Assembly (NCBI GenBank): GCA_043773365.1
Contig: JAYVFI010000002.1
Span: 89,815-153,814, forward strand
Source: Ilumatobacteraceae bacterium
Lineage (GTDB): Bacteria; Actinomycetota; Acidimicrobiia; Acidimicrobiales; Ilumatobacteraceae
DNA length: 64,000 bases
Direction: 5' to 3'
The first letter of the stretch is position 1. Each line of letters opens with the position of its first letter. The position numbers and the translations under genes are program-made. This document shows positions 32,801 to 44,800 of this stretch, piece after piece. Below the pieces are notes generated by a model that did not search any database, was not told the origin of the DNA, and saw only the letters and a program-made list of their open reading frames with translations.

Positions 32801-35800
32801 ACCGGCAGGGTGGGTGTGCGTGTCTCGACGCTCGCCACCGATGTCGAGCGTGAGATCGTCGTCGCCAGTTCGACGTTGCGGCTCGATGTCGTCGCCGGTG
32901 AGCTGACGGTTCGTGGCACCGGGGTGCGGCTCGCACTGGCCGGGCAGCTTCTGAGCGGCAACTTCGAAGTGTCGTTCCCCGACGCCAACACCGTCGACGT
33001 GACCCTGACCAACGTGACGTTCTCGATCGGCGACGGCACCCGCCCGTTCGTGTCGGTGACCAACGGAACAGGCTCGCTCACCATCACCGCCGGCGTCGTC
33101 GATGGTTCGTTCGCAGGCCTGACCGCTGTCGACATTCCCGGTGTCACGTTCGCGGGCGCGATTGCGGTCGAGTTCCACCAAAGCAGCACCCCCGCCAGCG
33201 ACTACGTGCGGGTCAAGGTCGGCACGACACTTCTGCCGGCGACGCTGACGATCGCCGGACAATCGATCACGGGTGCGTTCACGTTCGAGCAGCTGACGAC
33301 CGGCGCCGGCGACACGGTCATCAAGGTGGCCGGCCAATCGGTCGGGCTCATCATTCCCGGCATCGTCACGATCACCGGAGGCACGGCAGCGTTCGTGATC
33401 CTGCCGACCGGTGTGGCCGGAACGATCGACGCCACCGTCACGCTCGCCGCCTTCACGCTGCCTTCGGGCTTCGCGGTCACCGGTTCCATCCGGGTGTCGG
33501 TGTCGATCAACACGACACCGACCGCGGTCGTCGAAACGTTCGACTTCACGCCGGGGCCGGACATCGTGCTCAACCTTCCGGCAGGCCCGTACCTCCGTGT
33601 CGAGGTCACCGGCCCGGCGAGCGTTCCTGGGCCCGGCTACGACCCGGCATCGTTCACCTTCACGGCCGGCGGGCTCACCGTCAGCGCAACCGGCAAGCTG
33701 GCGATCGAGCGGATCACCCGCGCCGGCGGTTCGGTGATCACCAAGATCGGTTTCACCGACGTCTCGTTCACGCTGGCGGCCGGCCCGGCGCTCGGTGCGT
33801 TCACCGCCGGTGAGGGCGCCTTCGTGGTCGTCCCCGGCGGCATCGCCGGCCTGCTGTCCGGCTCCTTCAGTGGCACCGTCGGCCCGGCGAGCGTCACAGG
33901 CAACGTGGCGATTCGTGTGAACACCTCGGGTGGGCCGGTCGAGCAGATCGTCACGGTCGATGGGCGCGAACTGACGATCAGTTTCGGGGCCGACGAGGGG
34001 AACGTCTTCAAGGTCTCGGTGTCGGGTGCTTCGCTGAACATCGGTGACTTCGTCACAGTCGAAGGTGACGTGTCGTTCGCCAACGACCCGCTGCCGGCCT
34101 CGTCGTTCTCCTTTGCCGGGCAGAACCTCGAGGTGTTCCTGGGCAAGGGTCCGGCACGGCTCGAGGACGGTTCACTCAACCCGCTCGCAGTCGGTGTGCT
34201 GCTCACGGGCGCGACCGTTGGCCTGGTCAAGAACGCCAACGGAACCTTTGCCCTGTTCGCCACCGGCACATTGCAACTGATTGGTGTCGCCGGCGTCACC
34301 GTGATCGGCACGGCGACGATCCGATTCAACAACACAGGCGCAACGCTCGACCGTGTGCTCACGATCGACGGTTCCGACCGTGATGTGGTTGTCCGTTTCA
34401 CGACGACCGCGAATGTCGCCAGCGTGTCGGCAGTCGGTCTTGAGATCTCGGCGTTCGGGCAGACGCTGCGCGGCGACTTCACGTTTGCGAAGAGCGGCTA
34501 CGCGGTCGGCACGCCATCGACCGAACCGGAATCGATCGTCGTCACGGCTGCCAACGTCAGCCTCGAACTTGGTGGAGCGATCAGGTTCTCGAACGGCGCC
34601 GGCACGCTGCTGATCACGTCCGCCGGTCTCGCCGCCAACGTCTCCGGTGACATCGACGTCACCGTCCCGGGTGTCTCCTTCGGAGCAACGTTTGCTGTCA
34701 AGGTGAACACGACGGGCGCAGCCGTGAACAGGCCGGGCCTGGTGCTGCCGGCCGGCCCGTACTTCGAGGTGTCGGGCTCGGGCAACCTGACGATCGCCGG
34801 TCAATCGCTGTCCGGAGCGTTCACCCTCGAGCAGGTCACCAACACCGGTGGCGTGCGAATCACCCGCATCGCCGCCACCGGTGTGAGTCTGAATCTGGGC
34901 GGCGTCGTCGTTCTGTCAGCCGGCGAAGGCAGCTTCGTCATCACCTCGGCGGGAATCGCCGGCCGGCTCGCGATCGACGTCGATATCGCCATCACCGGGC
35001 TGACGCTCGACACACGACTCTCGCTCGCGGTCAACACGACCGGAACGGGGATCAACGAACAGTTCCGGGTCGATGGCCGCGACATCGTGCTCGAACTGCC
35101 GGCCGGCCCGTATCTTCGGGTCGAGGCCAACAACGTCACGTTGATGGTCGCCGGGCAACAGCTCACTGGCGACTTCGTGTTCGAGCGTCAGACGTTGTTG
35201 AACGCCACAGGTGGCAGAACCGTCGCGCGGATCGGGTTCGCCAACGTCTCGCTCTCGCTCGGCGGGGGTGCGCTGCAACTGCGCAACGGCCGCGGCAGCC
35301 TGCTGCTCACGCCGACTGGCATTGCCGGCAGCATCGCAGTCGACGTCGCCGTATCGATTCCGAACGTCTCGATCTCTGGCTCGCTGCTGCTGGAGATCAA
35401 CCGCACCGGCGCGGCGGTCAACACGACGTTCGTGGTCGGTGGCGTCGAGCAGACGCTCGTGCTCGAGAACGCCAGCTTGATTCGGATCGCCGGACGCGGC
35501 ATCAGCGTCAACCTGTTCGGTCAATCGATCAGTGGTGACTTCCTGTTCGAGCAGGTGACGACGCTCGGTGTCGGCGGTGGCAGCCGCGTGAAGGTCGCAG
35601 CCACCAATGTGTCGTTGTCGCTGGGTGGCGGTCTCGTCACGATCTCTGGCGGCACGGCGCTGTTCGTGCTCGGACCGACCGGGTTCGCCGGCCGCTTCGG
35701 CGGGACGGTCGCCGTGACCGTCCCGAACGTCAGCATCGGTCTGTCGGTGGCGGTCGAGGTCAACGCCACCGGCCAGGCGGTCACCGAGGACTTCGGCTCT

Positions 35801-38800
35801 GGTGTGACCCTCGGGCTCCTCGCCGGCCAGTTCGTGCGGGTCAACGGGACAGGCGCGATCGTGGTCTTCGGTCTGTCGCTGAGTGGCAGCTTCTCGATCG
35901 AACAGTCGACCACGTCGACCGGCGTTTCGGTCGTGAAGGTGGCGATCACCGGTGTGACCGTCTCACTCGGTGGCTTCGTGCAGGTCAGCGGCGCCAGTGG
36001 CGGATTCGTGATCATGCCCGGCGGCGTTGCCGGAAGTCTGCGTGGCACTGTGTCGCTCACGATTCCGAATCTGCCGGTGTCGTTCACGGGTCAGGTCGAG
36101 CTGCAGATCAACACGTTCACATCGGCTGTGCAGCAGTCGTTCGTGGTCGACCCGCCGGGACCCACGGCGCCCACCACGATCCAACTGAACCTCCCGGCCG
36201 GCCGTTTCGTGCGGGTCAGCATCGACAACCTCGTGCTCACCATCGTCGACTTCGTGATCACCGGCGACTTCGTGTTCCAGCAGCAGACGAATGCCGCCGG
36301 CCAGAAGATCACGATCATCGGGCTGTCCGACGCATCGCTCGCCATCGCTGGGGACCCGACGGTCACGGCTGCCTCTGGCGCCTTCGTGATCACCCCGACC
36401 GGCATCGCCGGTGTGTTCGCCGGCCGCGCCGATGTCGCCGCCGGTCCGGTCGAGGTCGGCGGCGACCTTCTGGTTCGGGTCAATCGGACCGGCGTCGCAG
36501 TCGACGTCACGGTCGACGTCGGCGGTCGCAGCATCCCGATCAAGTTCGGCGCCGACGAGGGCGACCCCGACGGATACGTGCTCGCAGTCTCTGTGTCGAA
36601 CCTGTCGCTCAAGATCGGCGACTTCGTCTCGATCGAGGGTGACATCGCCTTCGACGGCGATTCCTTCGCCGGTCAGAACCTCGAGATCTTCCTCGGCCAG
36701 GGCCCTGCCCGCATGGAGAACGGCGACCTCAACCCGCTCGCCGTCGGGGTGCTGCTCACGAACGCCCGGATCGGGCTCGTCAAGGTCGGCACGGAATACG
36801 CCCTCCACGCCGAGGGCACGGTGATGCTGCTCGGTGTCAACGGCGTCACGATCGTCGGCACCGCGATCGTCGATGTCAACACGACCGGCACTGTGATCAA
36901 CCGTTCCCTGGTGATCCCCGGCAGCACCGGTGCGCCGGTCGTCGTCAACTTCCCGACGTCCGCTCGGGTGACCCGCTTCGAGGCGTTGAATGCAGAGATC
37001 TCGGTGCTCGGCCAGACGCTGCGTGGCAACTTCAGCTTCGACCGTGACGCCACCACCGGTGTGATCTCGATTGCCGCGAGCGCGGTCGACCTCGAACTCG
37101 GTGGCGCCGGGTCAGGTGTTCGCGTCAGCAACGCAGGCGGGGCGATCCTGATCACTCCCGCCGGCATCGCCGCCGACCTGTCGGGCACCGTCGAGCTGAC
37201 GGTCCCGAGCGTTGCGTTCGTCGGCGACTTCCGGCTCGCGATCAACACCACCGCTGTGCGAGTCGACACCGTCCTCGCCGTCGGGGGGACGAACGTGACG
37301 CTGGCGCTGCCGGCCGGTCCATACCTGCGGATCGAGGGCACTGGCATCCAACTGACGGTCGCCGGCCAAAGCTTGAGCGGGAACTTCGCCTTCGAGCGGA
37401 TCACCGCGCCCGGCGGCGCCGTTGTCACGACGATCGCCGCATCGAACGTGAGTCTGGTGATCACGGCCGGCAACGAACCGATCGTCAGCCTCACCAACGG
37501 CTCGGGCCTGTTCGTCGTCGATGGCACGGGCGTCGGTGGTCGACTTTCCGGCACGGTCGCCGTCACGGTGCCGGGCGGTGCCGTGACGGTGAGCGGTTCG
37601 TTCACCGTCGAGGTCAACACCACGAACCACCGGGTGCAGGCCTCGGTCGTGGTCGGCGGCCAGGTCGTCGGCCTCGACCTCGCGCAGGGCGCCGCGCTGC
37701 GGGTGGTCGGCACCGGCGTCACGATCAGTGTGCTCGGTCAAACCCTCACCGCCGACGCCTCGTTCGAGCAGATCAAGACGCCGGGCGCCGACGGTGTGTT
37801 GGGCACGCTCGACGACGGACGTGCGATCCGGATCGGTGTGGTCAACCTGAACCTGTCGCTTGCGGGTGGCCTCGTCACCGTCACCAACGGGACAGGCGCC
37901 TTGTTCCTGACGAGCGGCGGCGCCGGCCAGTCAACACTCGCCGCCAGAGTCAGCGCCACAGTCGGCGTGAACATCCCCGGGGTGTCGTTTGTCGGCACGC
38001 TCGGGTTGGCGATCAACACCGGAACACCGCTGGTCAATCAGACGTTCCTGGTCGGCGCCACCCCGGTGACGCTCTCGGTGCCCGGCGGCCCGTTCCTCGA
38101 GATTTCGGGAACCGGCATTCAGCTCGACGTCGCAGGCCAACGGATCGCCGGCTCGTTCGCGATCCGTCAGACAACTGATTCCACCGGGGCGAAGACGACT
38201 CAGATCAACGTGACCAACGGGTCGCTGACGCTGGGCGGAGCGACACCCGTCGTGTCGGTCTCGGCCGTGAACGGCGACATCCTGCTCGTGCCGGGGGGTG
38301 TGGCTGCACGGCTGTCGGCCACGATCGGCGTCAACCTGCCTGGCGTGTCGCTCGGCGGCACGTTCGAACTCGAGATCAACACCACACTGACACCGCGGAC
38401 CCTCGGAGCGGCCAGCGTGCCTGCCGGCCCGTATCTGCGGGTGGCAGGCGCCGGGACGCTGACGATCGCCGGACAGACCCTGAGCGGCGCCTTCGCCTTC
38501 GAACGGGTCACCCGGCCGGACGGCACGGCGATCGTGCGGGTCGCCGCGACGAACGTCAGCCTGTCGCTCGGCGGAGTCGTCAGTGTCACGAACGGGTCGG
38601 GCTTCTTCGTCGTCACACCCAATGGCGTCGCCGGGTCACTGTCGGCCTCGGTGGGCCTGACGATTCCTGGCGTGTCGTTCTCCGGCACGTTCAGTGTGGC
38701 GATCAACAACACCGGTGTGGCGATCGACGAGACGATGCAGGTCGGCGCAGCCACGGCACGACTACAACTTCCTGCCGGGCCGTATGTGCGGGTCGAGGGC

Positions 38801-41800
38801 ACCGGCATCAACCTCGTGATCGCCGGCCAGTCGCTCTCCGGCAACGTCGCCTTCGAGCGCTTCACCCGTCCGGATGGCGCCACCTTCGTGCGGGTCGGCC
38901 TGACCAACGTACGGCTGGCGATCGGCGACGGCACGAACGATCTGCTCACCGTCACCAACGGAACCGGCAGCCTCGTGATCCTCCCGGCCGGAATCGCCGG
39001 ATCGTTCTCCGGTGACGTCGCCCTGCATGTCCCCGACGTCACCTTCTCGGCCACCGTTCAGGTCGATATCAACCGCACCAACCAAGTGATCAACGAGTCG
39101 TTCGTTGTCGCCGGCCAAACGGTGAACCTGAACCTGGCCGCCGGCCTCTATATCAGGGTCAAGGCAACCGACGTAGTGGTTGGCTTCGACGGTTTCAGCC
39201 TGACCGGTGACTTCAGCTTCGAACAGGGCGGGGTCGCACCCAACAGCTACTTGCGGATCGGGGTCTCCCACGCCGAGATCGATCTCGGTGACGGTCTGAT
39301 CGTTGTCGGCGTCGGCACGGGGGCGATCGAGATCCGTGGCGCCGTGGTGCTCGCCCGATTCACGAACGTCACCGTGACGCTCGACATCCCCGGCGTCGAA
39401 TTCACCGGGACATTCGGGCTCGAACTCAACACGTCAAACACCGATCAGGCGCTGTGGTCTGGTGGAGCAACGCTCGCCGCCCACACACTTGAGATTTCCG
39501 CGGCCGGTGTGGCGCTCGAGATCTCCGGCATCACCATGACCGTCGAGACGCTGACGATCTCGAAGGACCTCGACGTCGGCGGCGACCTCGTGATCCATGT
39601 CGAGAATGCCGATCTCACACTCGGTCCGGTGGAGATCAACAACGCGTCAGGCGACATTCTGGTCACAACGCTCGGCGTGGCGGCGAGGATCCAGGTCGGT
39701 GGCTCCGGTGGACCTGCGCTCAGCATCTCGCTCGGCACAGTCACGATGACCGTCGCTGAGCTGTTCGTCGAGGTCAACACGACGCGTGTCCCGCAACCGA
39801 TCGGCATCGTGACGTTGCCGGCCGGGCCGTACGTCCGCATCGCCGCCAACGCGGCGTCGCTCGACGTCGGCGGTTCGGTCACGATCGTGGCGAACCTGGC
39901 GTTCGAGCAGCGCACCCGGCCTGGCGGTGGCGCCGTCACCGTCATCGGCGTGATGGGGCTGACCGTGACAGTCGACGGCAATGGCATCACCGGCGGCCGC
40001 GGCGCCTTCGTCTTCCTCCCGGCCGACCCGTCAGTGCCGAGCAGTGGCGGGATTGCCGGTTTCGTCTCCGGGCAGATCGGCGTCTCCGCGCCGGGCGTGT
40101 CGGTGAGCGGTGGAGCGACGTTGCGTGTCAACCGAACGAACCTCGAGGTCCACGAGACCATCGAGGTAGGCGGTGAGATCCTGAGGATCGACTTCGGGCC
40201 GACGGAGAAGCTTGTCACGCAGGTCGCTGTCACCAACGCCTCCGCGGTGATCGCCGACTTCATCTATCTCGACGATGTCAACGTCAACACGAACGCCGGC
40301 GGCGGCACGATCACCGGAACGGTTTTCGTCGGTCAGGGTCCTGGCCTGCTCGGGACATCACCAGACAAATACACGAACCCAGCTGCTCGGGGCGTGTTGA
40401 TCCGCAACGCAAACCTGACCTACGTCGGCGCGTCGCCATCGACGGCGACCCAGGTCAGCGGCTCCGGTGTGGTCTCGCTGCTCGGTATTCCCGGGGTCAC
40501 GTTGACCGGCGGCGTATCGGTCACCGTCAACACGACGACCGGTGACCAGTTCATCGAGATCGGAACAGTGGCTGCGCCGGCCGTGCTCGAAATCGCCGGT
40601 CAGCGACTCGAGGGCCGCTTCAAGATCACGAAGACGCTGACCACGCTCACGGTCGAGATGAACAGCGTCTCGTTGAACCTTGGTGGCGGGGCGGTCATCG
40701 TCACAATCGCGTCGGGCATCGTGCAGCTCGGTTCGACCGGCGTGATTGCAGCGGTCCAGGGGTCGCTCGTCGTCAACGTGCCCGGTGTCAGCGCGGCGGT
40801 CACCGTCGACATCCGGCTCAACTCCACCCCAACGGTTCAGACGATCGGCGGATTCGTCGTCACCCCCGGCATCTCGGCGAGGGCGACCAACGCCTCGATC
40901 TCGCTGTTCGGCCAGACCCTGACCGGCAACTTCGCCTTCGAGCAGGTCACGCTGCCGCAGAGCCCGCAGGCGATCGGACCGGCACCGAAGGTCGTACGGA
41001 TCGTGGCGACCGCTGTCACACTCACGATCTCGGCAGGCAGCGACCCGATCGTCAGCCTCACCAACGGGTCCGGATTCTTCCTGCTCCCACAGGGCGGCGG
41101 CATCGCCGGCCGGGTCGGCGGCACGATTGCGATCTCGATCCCCGGCCTTGACGCCAGCCAGTTCGGTGTGATCGGAACCTTCGAGGTGGTCGTCAACTCG
41201 ACCGCGGTCGCCGTGTCCGAGCAGTTCGAACTGAACGGCCAGACCCTGACGCTCGACGTGCCCGCCGGCCCGTTCCTGCGGGTGCTCGGCACGAACGTGA
41301 CCCTGCGACTCCTCGGGCAGCGCCTGACGGGCAACTTCGGCTTCGAACAGGCGACGGTCCCATGCACACCGGTTGGCTGTGTCCCACAGAAGATCGTGCG
41401 GATCGCCGCCAGCAACGTCACGCTGGCGCTCGGCGACGGCACGACCGACTACGTGCGGCTCACCAACGGCGAAGCGTTCTTCATCGTGGTGCCCGGAACC
41501 GGCACCGCTGCTGCCACCCGCGGTGGCCTTGCCGGCCGCGTCTCCGGCACACTCGAGCTCGATCTGCCGATCCCGATCGGGCTGTCGGGCGACTTCGAAC
41601 TGGCGATCAACACGACCGGGCGGAACATCTCCGAGACGTTCGTGCTCGAGCCGAGCGACCCGCCGCTCTCGCTCACGGTGCCCGCCGGGCCGTACCTGCG
41701 AATCGCCGGAACCCAGATCGTGTTCACGATCGCCGGCCAAACGTTGCGGGCCAATCTCGCCTTCGAGCAGATCACGTTGGCATCGGGGGAGCGGATCATC

Positions 41801-44800
41801 ACGCTCGGTGTCACACAGGGATCGCTGTCGCTCGCCGGAGTGGTCGAGCTGTCCGCCATCGAGGGCGTGTTCGTGATTGCGCCGAATGGGATCGCCGGCC
41901 GGCTCGGGGCGACGATCGGTGTCAACCTCAGCCCGGCGATCACCTTCGCCGGCCGTGTCCAACTGGTCATCAACAACGCCACGTCTGCGATCACTCGCAC
42001 GATCATGATCGGTGGCGCCGAGGTGGTCCTCGACGTTCCAGCCGGCCCGTTCCTGCGGGTCGAGATCACTGGGGTCACTCCAGGCACGCCTGCCTCGTTG
42101 AGCGTGCTCGGTCTCACGCTCACGGGTAACTTCGTGCTGGAACGCAGCACCAACGGCTCGGGCGGCACGGTCGTCCGCATCGGGATGAGCCAGGTCGGTC
42201 TCGATCTGGCAGGCGTTGTCACGCTGTCGAACGGCCAGGGCGTGATCCTGATCCTGCCGCCTGACGTGACGGCGGGCCCCACGCCGACCCCGATTGCCGG
42301 CACTGGTGGTATTGCCGGCAGCATCTCGGCCGACGTCGCCGTGAACATCCCTGGAGTTACGTTCAGCGGTTCGTTCGCCCTCAAGATCAACACGACCGGT
42401 AGTGCGATCAACGACTCGATCACGGTCGGGGGCGTCCCACTGACGATCGACCTTCCGACCGGTCCGTTCCTGCGGGTCGAGGGCACTGGCGTGACGCTGT
42501 CGGTGGCGGGCGTCGTGCTGAGCGGCAACTTCGCCTTCCAGAAGTCGACCGTCGACACCACTCCAGGCGTGGTTGGCGGCGAGGTCACAACCCTGGTGAT
42601 CCTCGCCAGCGATGTCAGCCTCAGCCTGGGTGGTGATGCGCTCGAAATCTTCGATGGCGAGGGCGTGTTCGTGATGAAGCCGTCGGGGCTCGCCGGCCGG
42701 CTCTCGGTGTCGATCAGGGCCAACCTTGGCGACGCCGTCTCACTCGGCGGGAGGGTGACGGTCCAGATCAACCAGACCGGCGTCGAGGTCCACGACCAGT
42801 TCGAACTGGCGGGGGCGACAATCACGCTCGACCTGCCTGCCGGCCCATACCTACGCGTCCAGCTCTCGCCGATCGCGGGCCAGACGGTTGCCTACCTGGA
42901 GATCGCCGGTCAGCGGCTCGAGGCGGCGTCGTTCAGCTTCGAGCAGCAGACCACGAAGGGCGTCGACAACACGCTCGGCACGGCCGACGATGTGAAGGTG
43001 CTGCGGGTCGCCGCCAGCGGAGTCGGGCTGAACCTCGGCAACGGGCTCGTGATGATTTCCAACGGTTCGCTGGCGCTCGAGATCACGCCGGCCGGTCTCG
43101 CCGGGGTGGTGCGGGCGACCGTCACGATCGGAGGGGTCGGCAGCGCGCTGTACAACATCTTCACGGTGAGCACAACGGTCACGGTGATGATCAACCAACG
43201 CACGACTGAAGCCGTGTTCGACCGTGCCTGGCTGGTCGCCGAGTTGGGCTCCGAGGGCACTGTCCTCGTGGTCGACAAGATCTTCGGTGTCGGCCAACCG
43301 ACGATCTTGCCGGCTGGTCCGTTCCTGCGGGTCGAGGCAGCCGACATCAATATCAACGTGTTGAACGGCCAGTTCACATTGACCGGTGACTTCGCGTTCG
43401 AACAGTCGACGAAGGCCGGCCCCGACGGCATCGTCGGCAACGCCGACGACGTGAAGGTCATTCGGGTCGGCCTCGCCAACGTCGAGATGACGGTGGTGCC
43501 GGGTGTGCTCAGCTTGACGGGTGGTCAGGGGCTGATCGTGCTCTCGCCGGGCGGCCTCGCCGCCTCGTTCGAGGTCACGCCGGTGTTCACGGTCACCGGC
43601 TTCTCATTCACCGGCACGTTCCGGGTCTCGATCAACAACCAGTTGACAGAGGTCCACGAGACGTTCGTGGTCGGCGCCACGGTGCTCTCGCTCGACCTGC
43701 CGGCCGGCCCGTACCTCCGGGTCGACGCCGAGGACATCGAACTACTGGTCGCCGGCCAGGTTCTTCGCGGCGACTTCTCGTTCGAGAAGTTCACCAAGAC
43801 GGTCGGTGCGACGTCGACGACGGTGTTGAAGATCGCAGCGGCGAATGTCGAGCTCCGGCTCGGCGACGGCACGACCGACTACGTCGTCGTGACCGAAGGC
43901 CGCGGCCTGTTCATCGTCAGTCCGGCTGGTTTCGCCGGAGAGATTTCGGCCAACGTGGCCGTCAACATTCCGGGCATCTCTGTCGGCGGCACGTTCACGG
44001 TGAAGATCAACAAGACCGGCACAGACATCCTCGAAACGTTCCTGGTCGGTGGCCAGACGCTCACGCTCGACCTTCCGGCCGTCCCGCAGTTGCTAGTGTC
44101 AGGGACCGGCGTCTATCTCGAAGCGTTCGGTCAGCGGATCAGCGGCGACTTCGTCTTCTCACAGACGTTGACCGCCTGCCCGGTCGGCCCTCCCGGATGC
44201 GTGCCACGCAAGATCATCAAGATCGGACTTGCGAACGTCGAGGTGCGGCTCGGCGACGGGACCACCGACTTCGTGATCCTCGAGGACGGAACGGGCGCGC
44301 TGATTGTCGGCAGCTTCGAGCGCCCATGCCCGACCTCGCCCGTGGTGCCGGGATGTCCGGTCGGAGGCACCCAGTTCGTCTCAGGCGTCGCCGGAGAATT
44401 CTCGGCGACGATCAGGCTCCAAGGGTTCGGTGACGCGCTCTCGTTCAGCGGCGGATTCCGCGTCCGGATCAACACCACGGGCGCCCACGTCGAGGATTCG
44501 GTCACCGTCACGACACCGACCGGTGACGTCGTGCTCGAACTCGACCTCGCCGCCAGCCTGCGACTGTCGATCGAGGGTGGCGTCGCCGTCAACGGCAACC
44601 CGATCGTGCTCACGATCGCCGGTCAGACGCTCAGCGTCGAAAAGGTCTTCTTCGAGCAGAGTCAAACCGCAGGAGGCGCCAAGATCATCAAGGTCGCGGT
44701 CACCAACCTGCGGTTCGAGATCCGAGATGGCGACGACCTGATCGCCACGATCGGACCGATCAGCGGGGCGCTGATGCTCACCCAGCAAGGAATCGCCGCC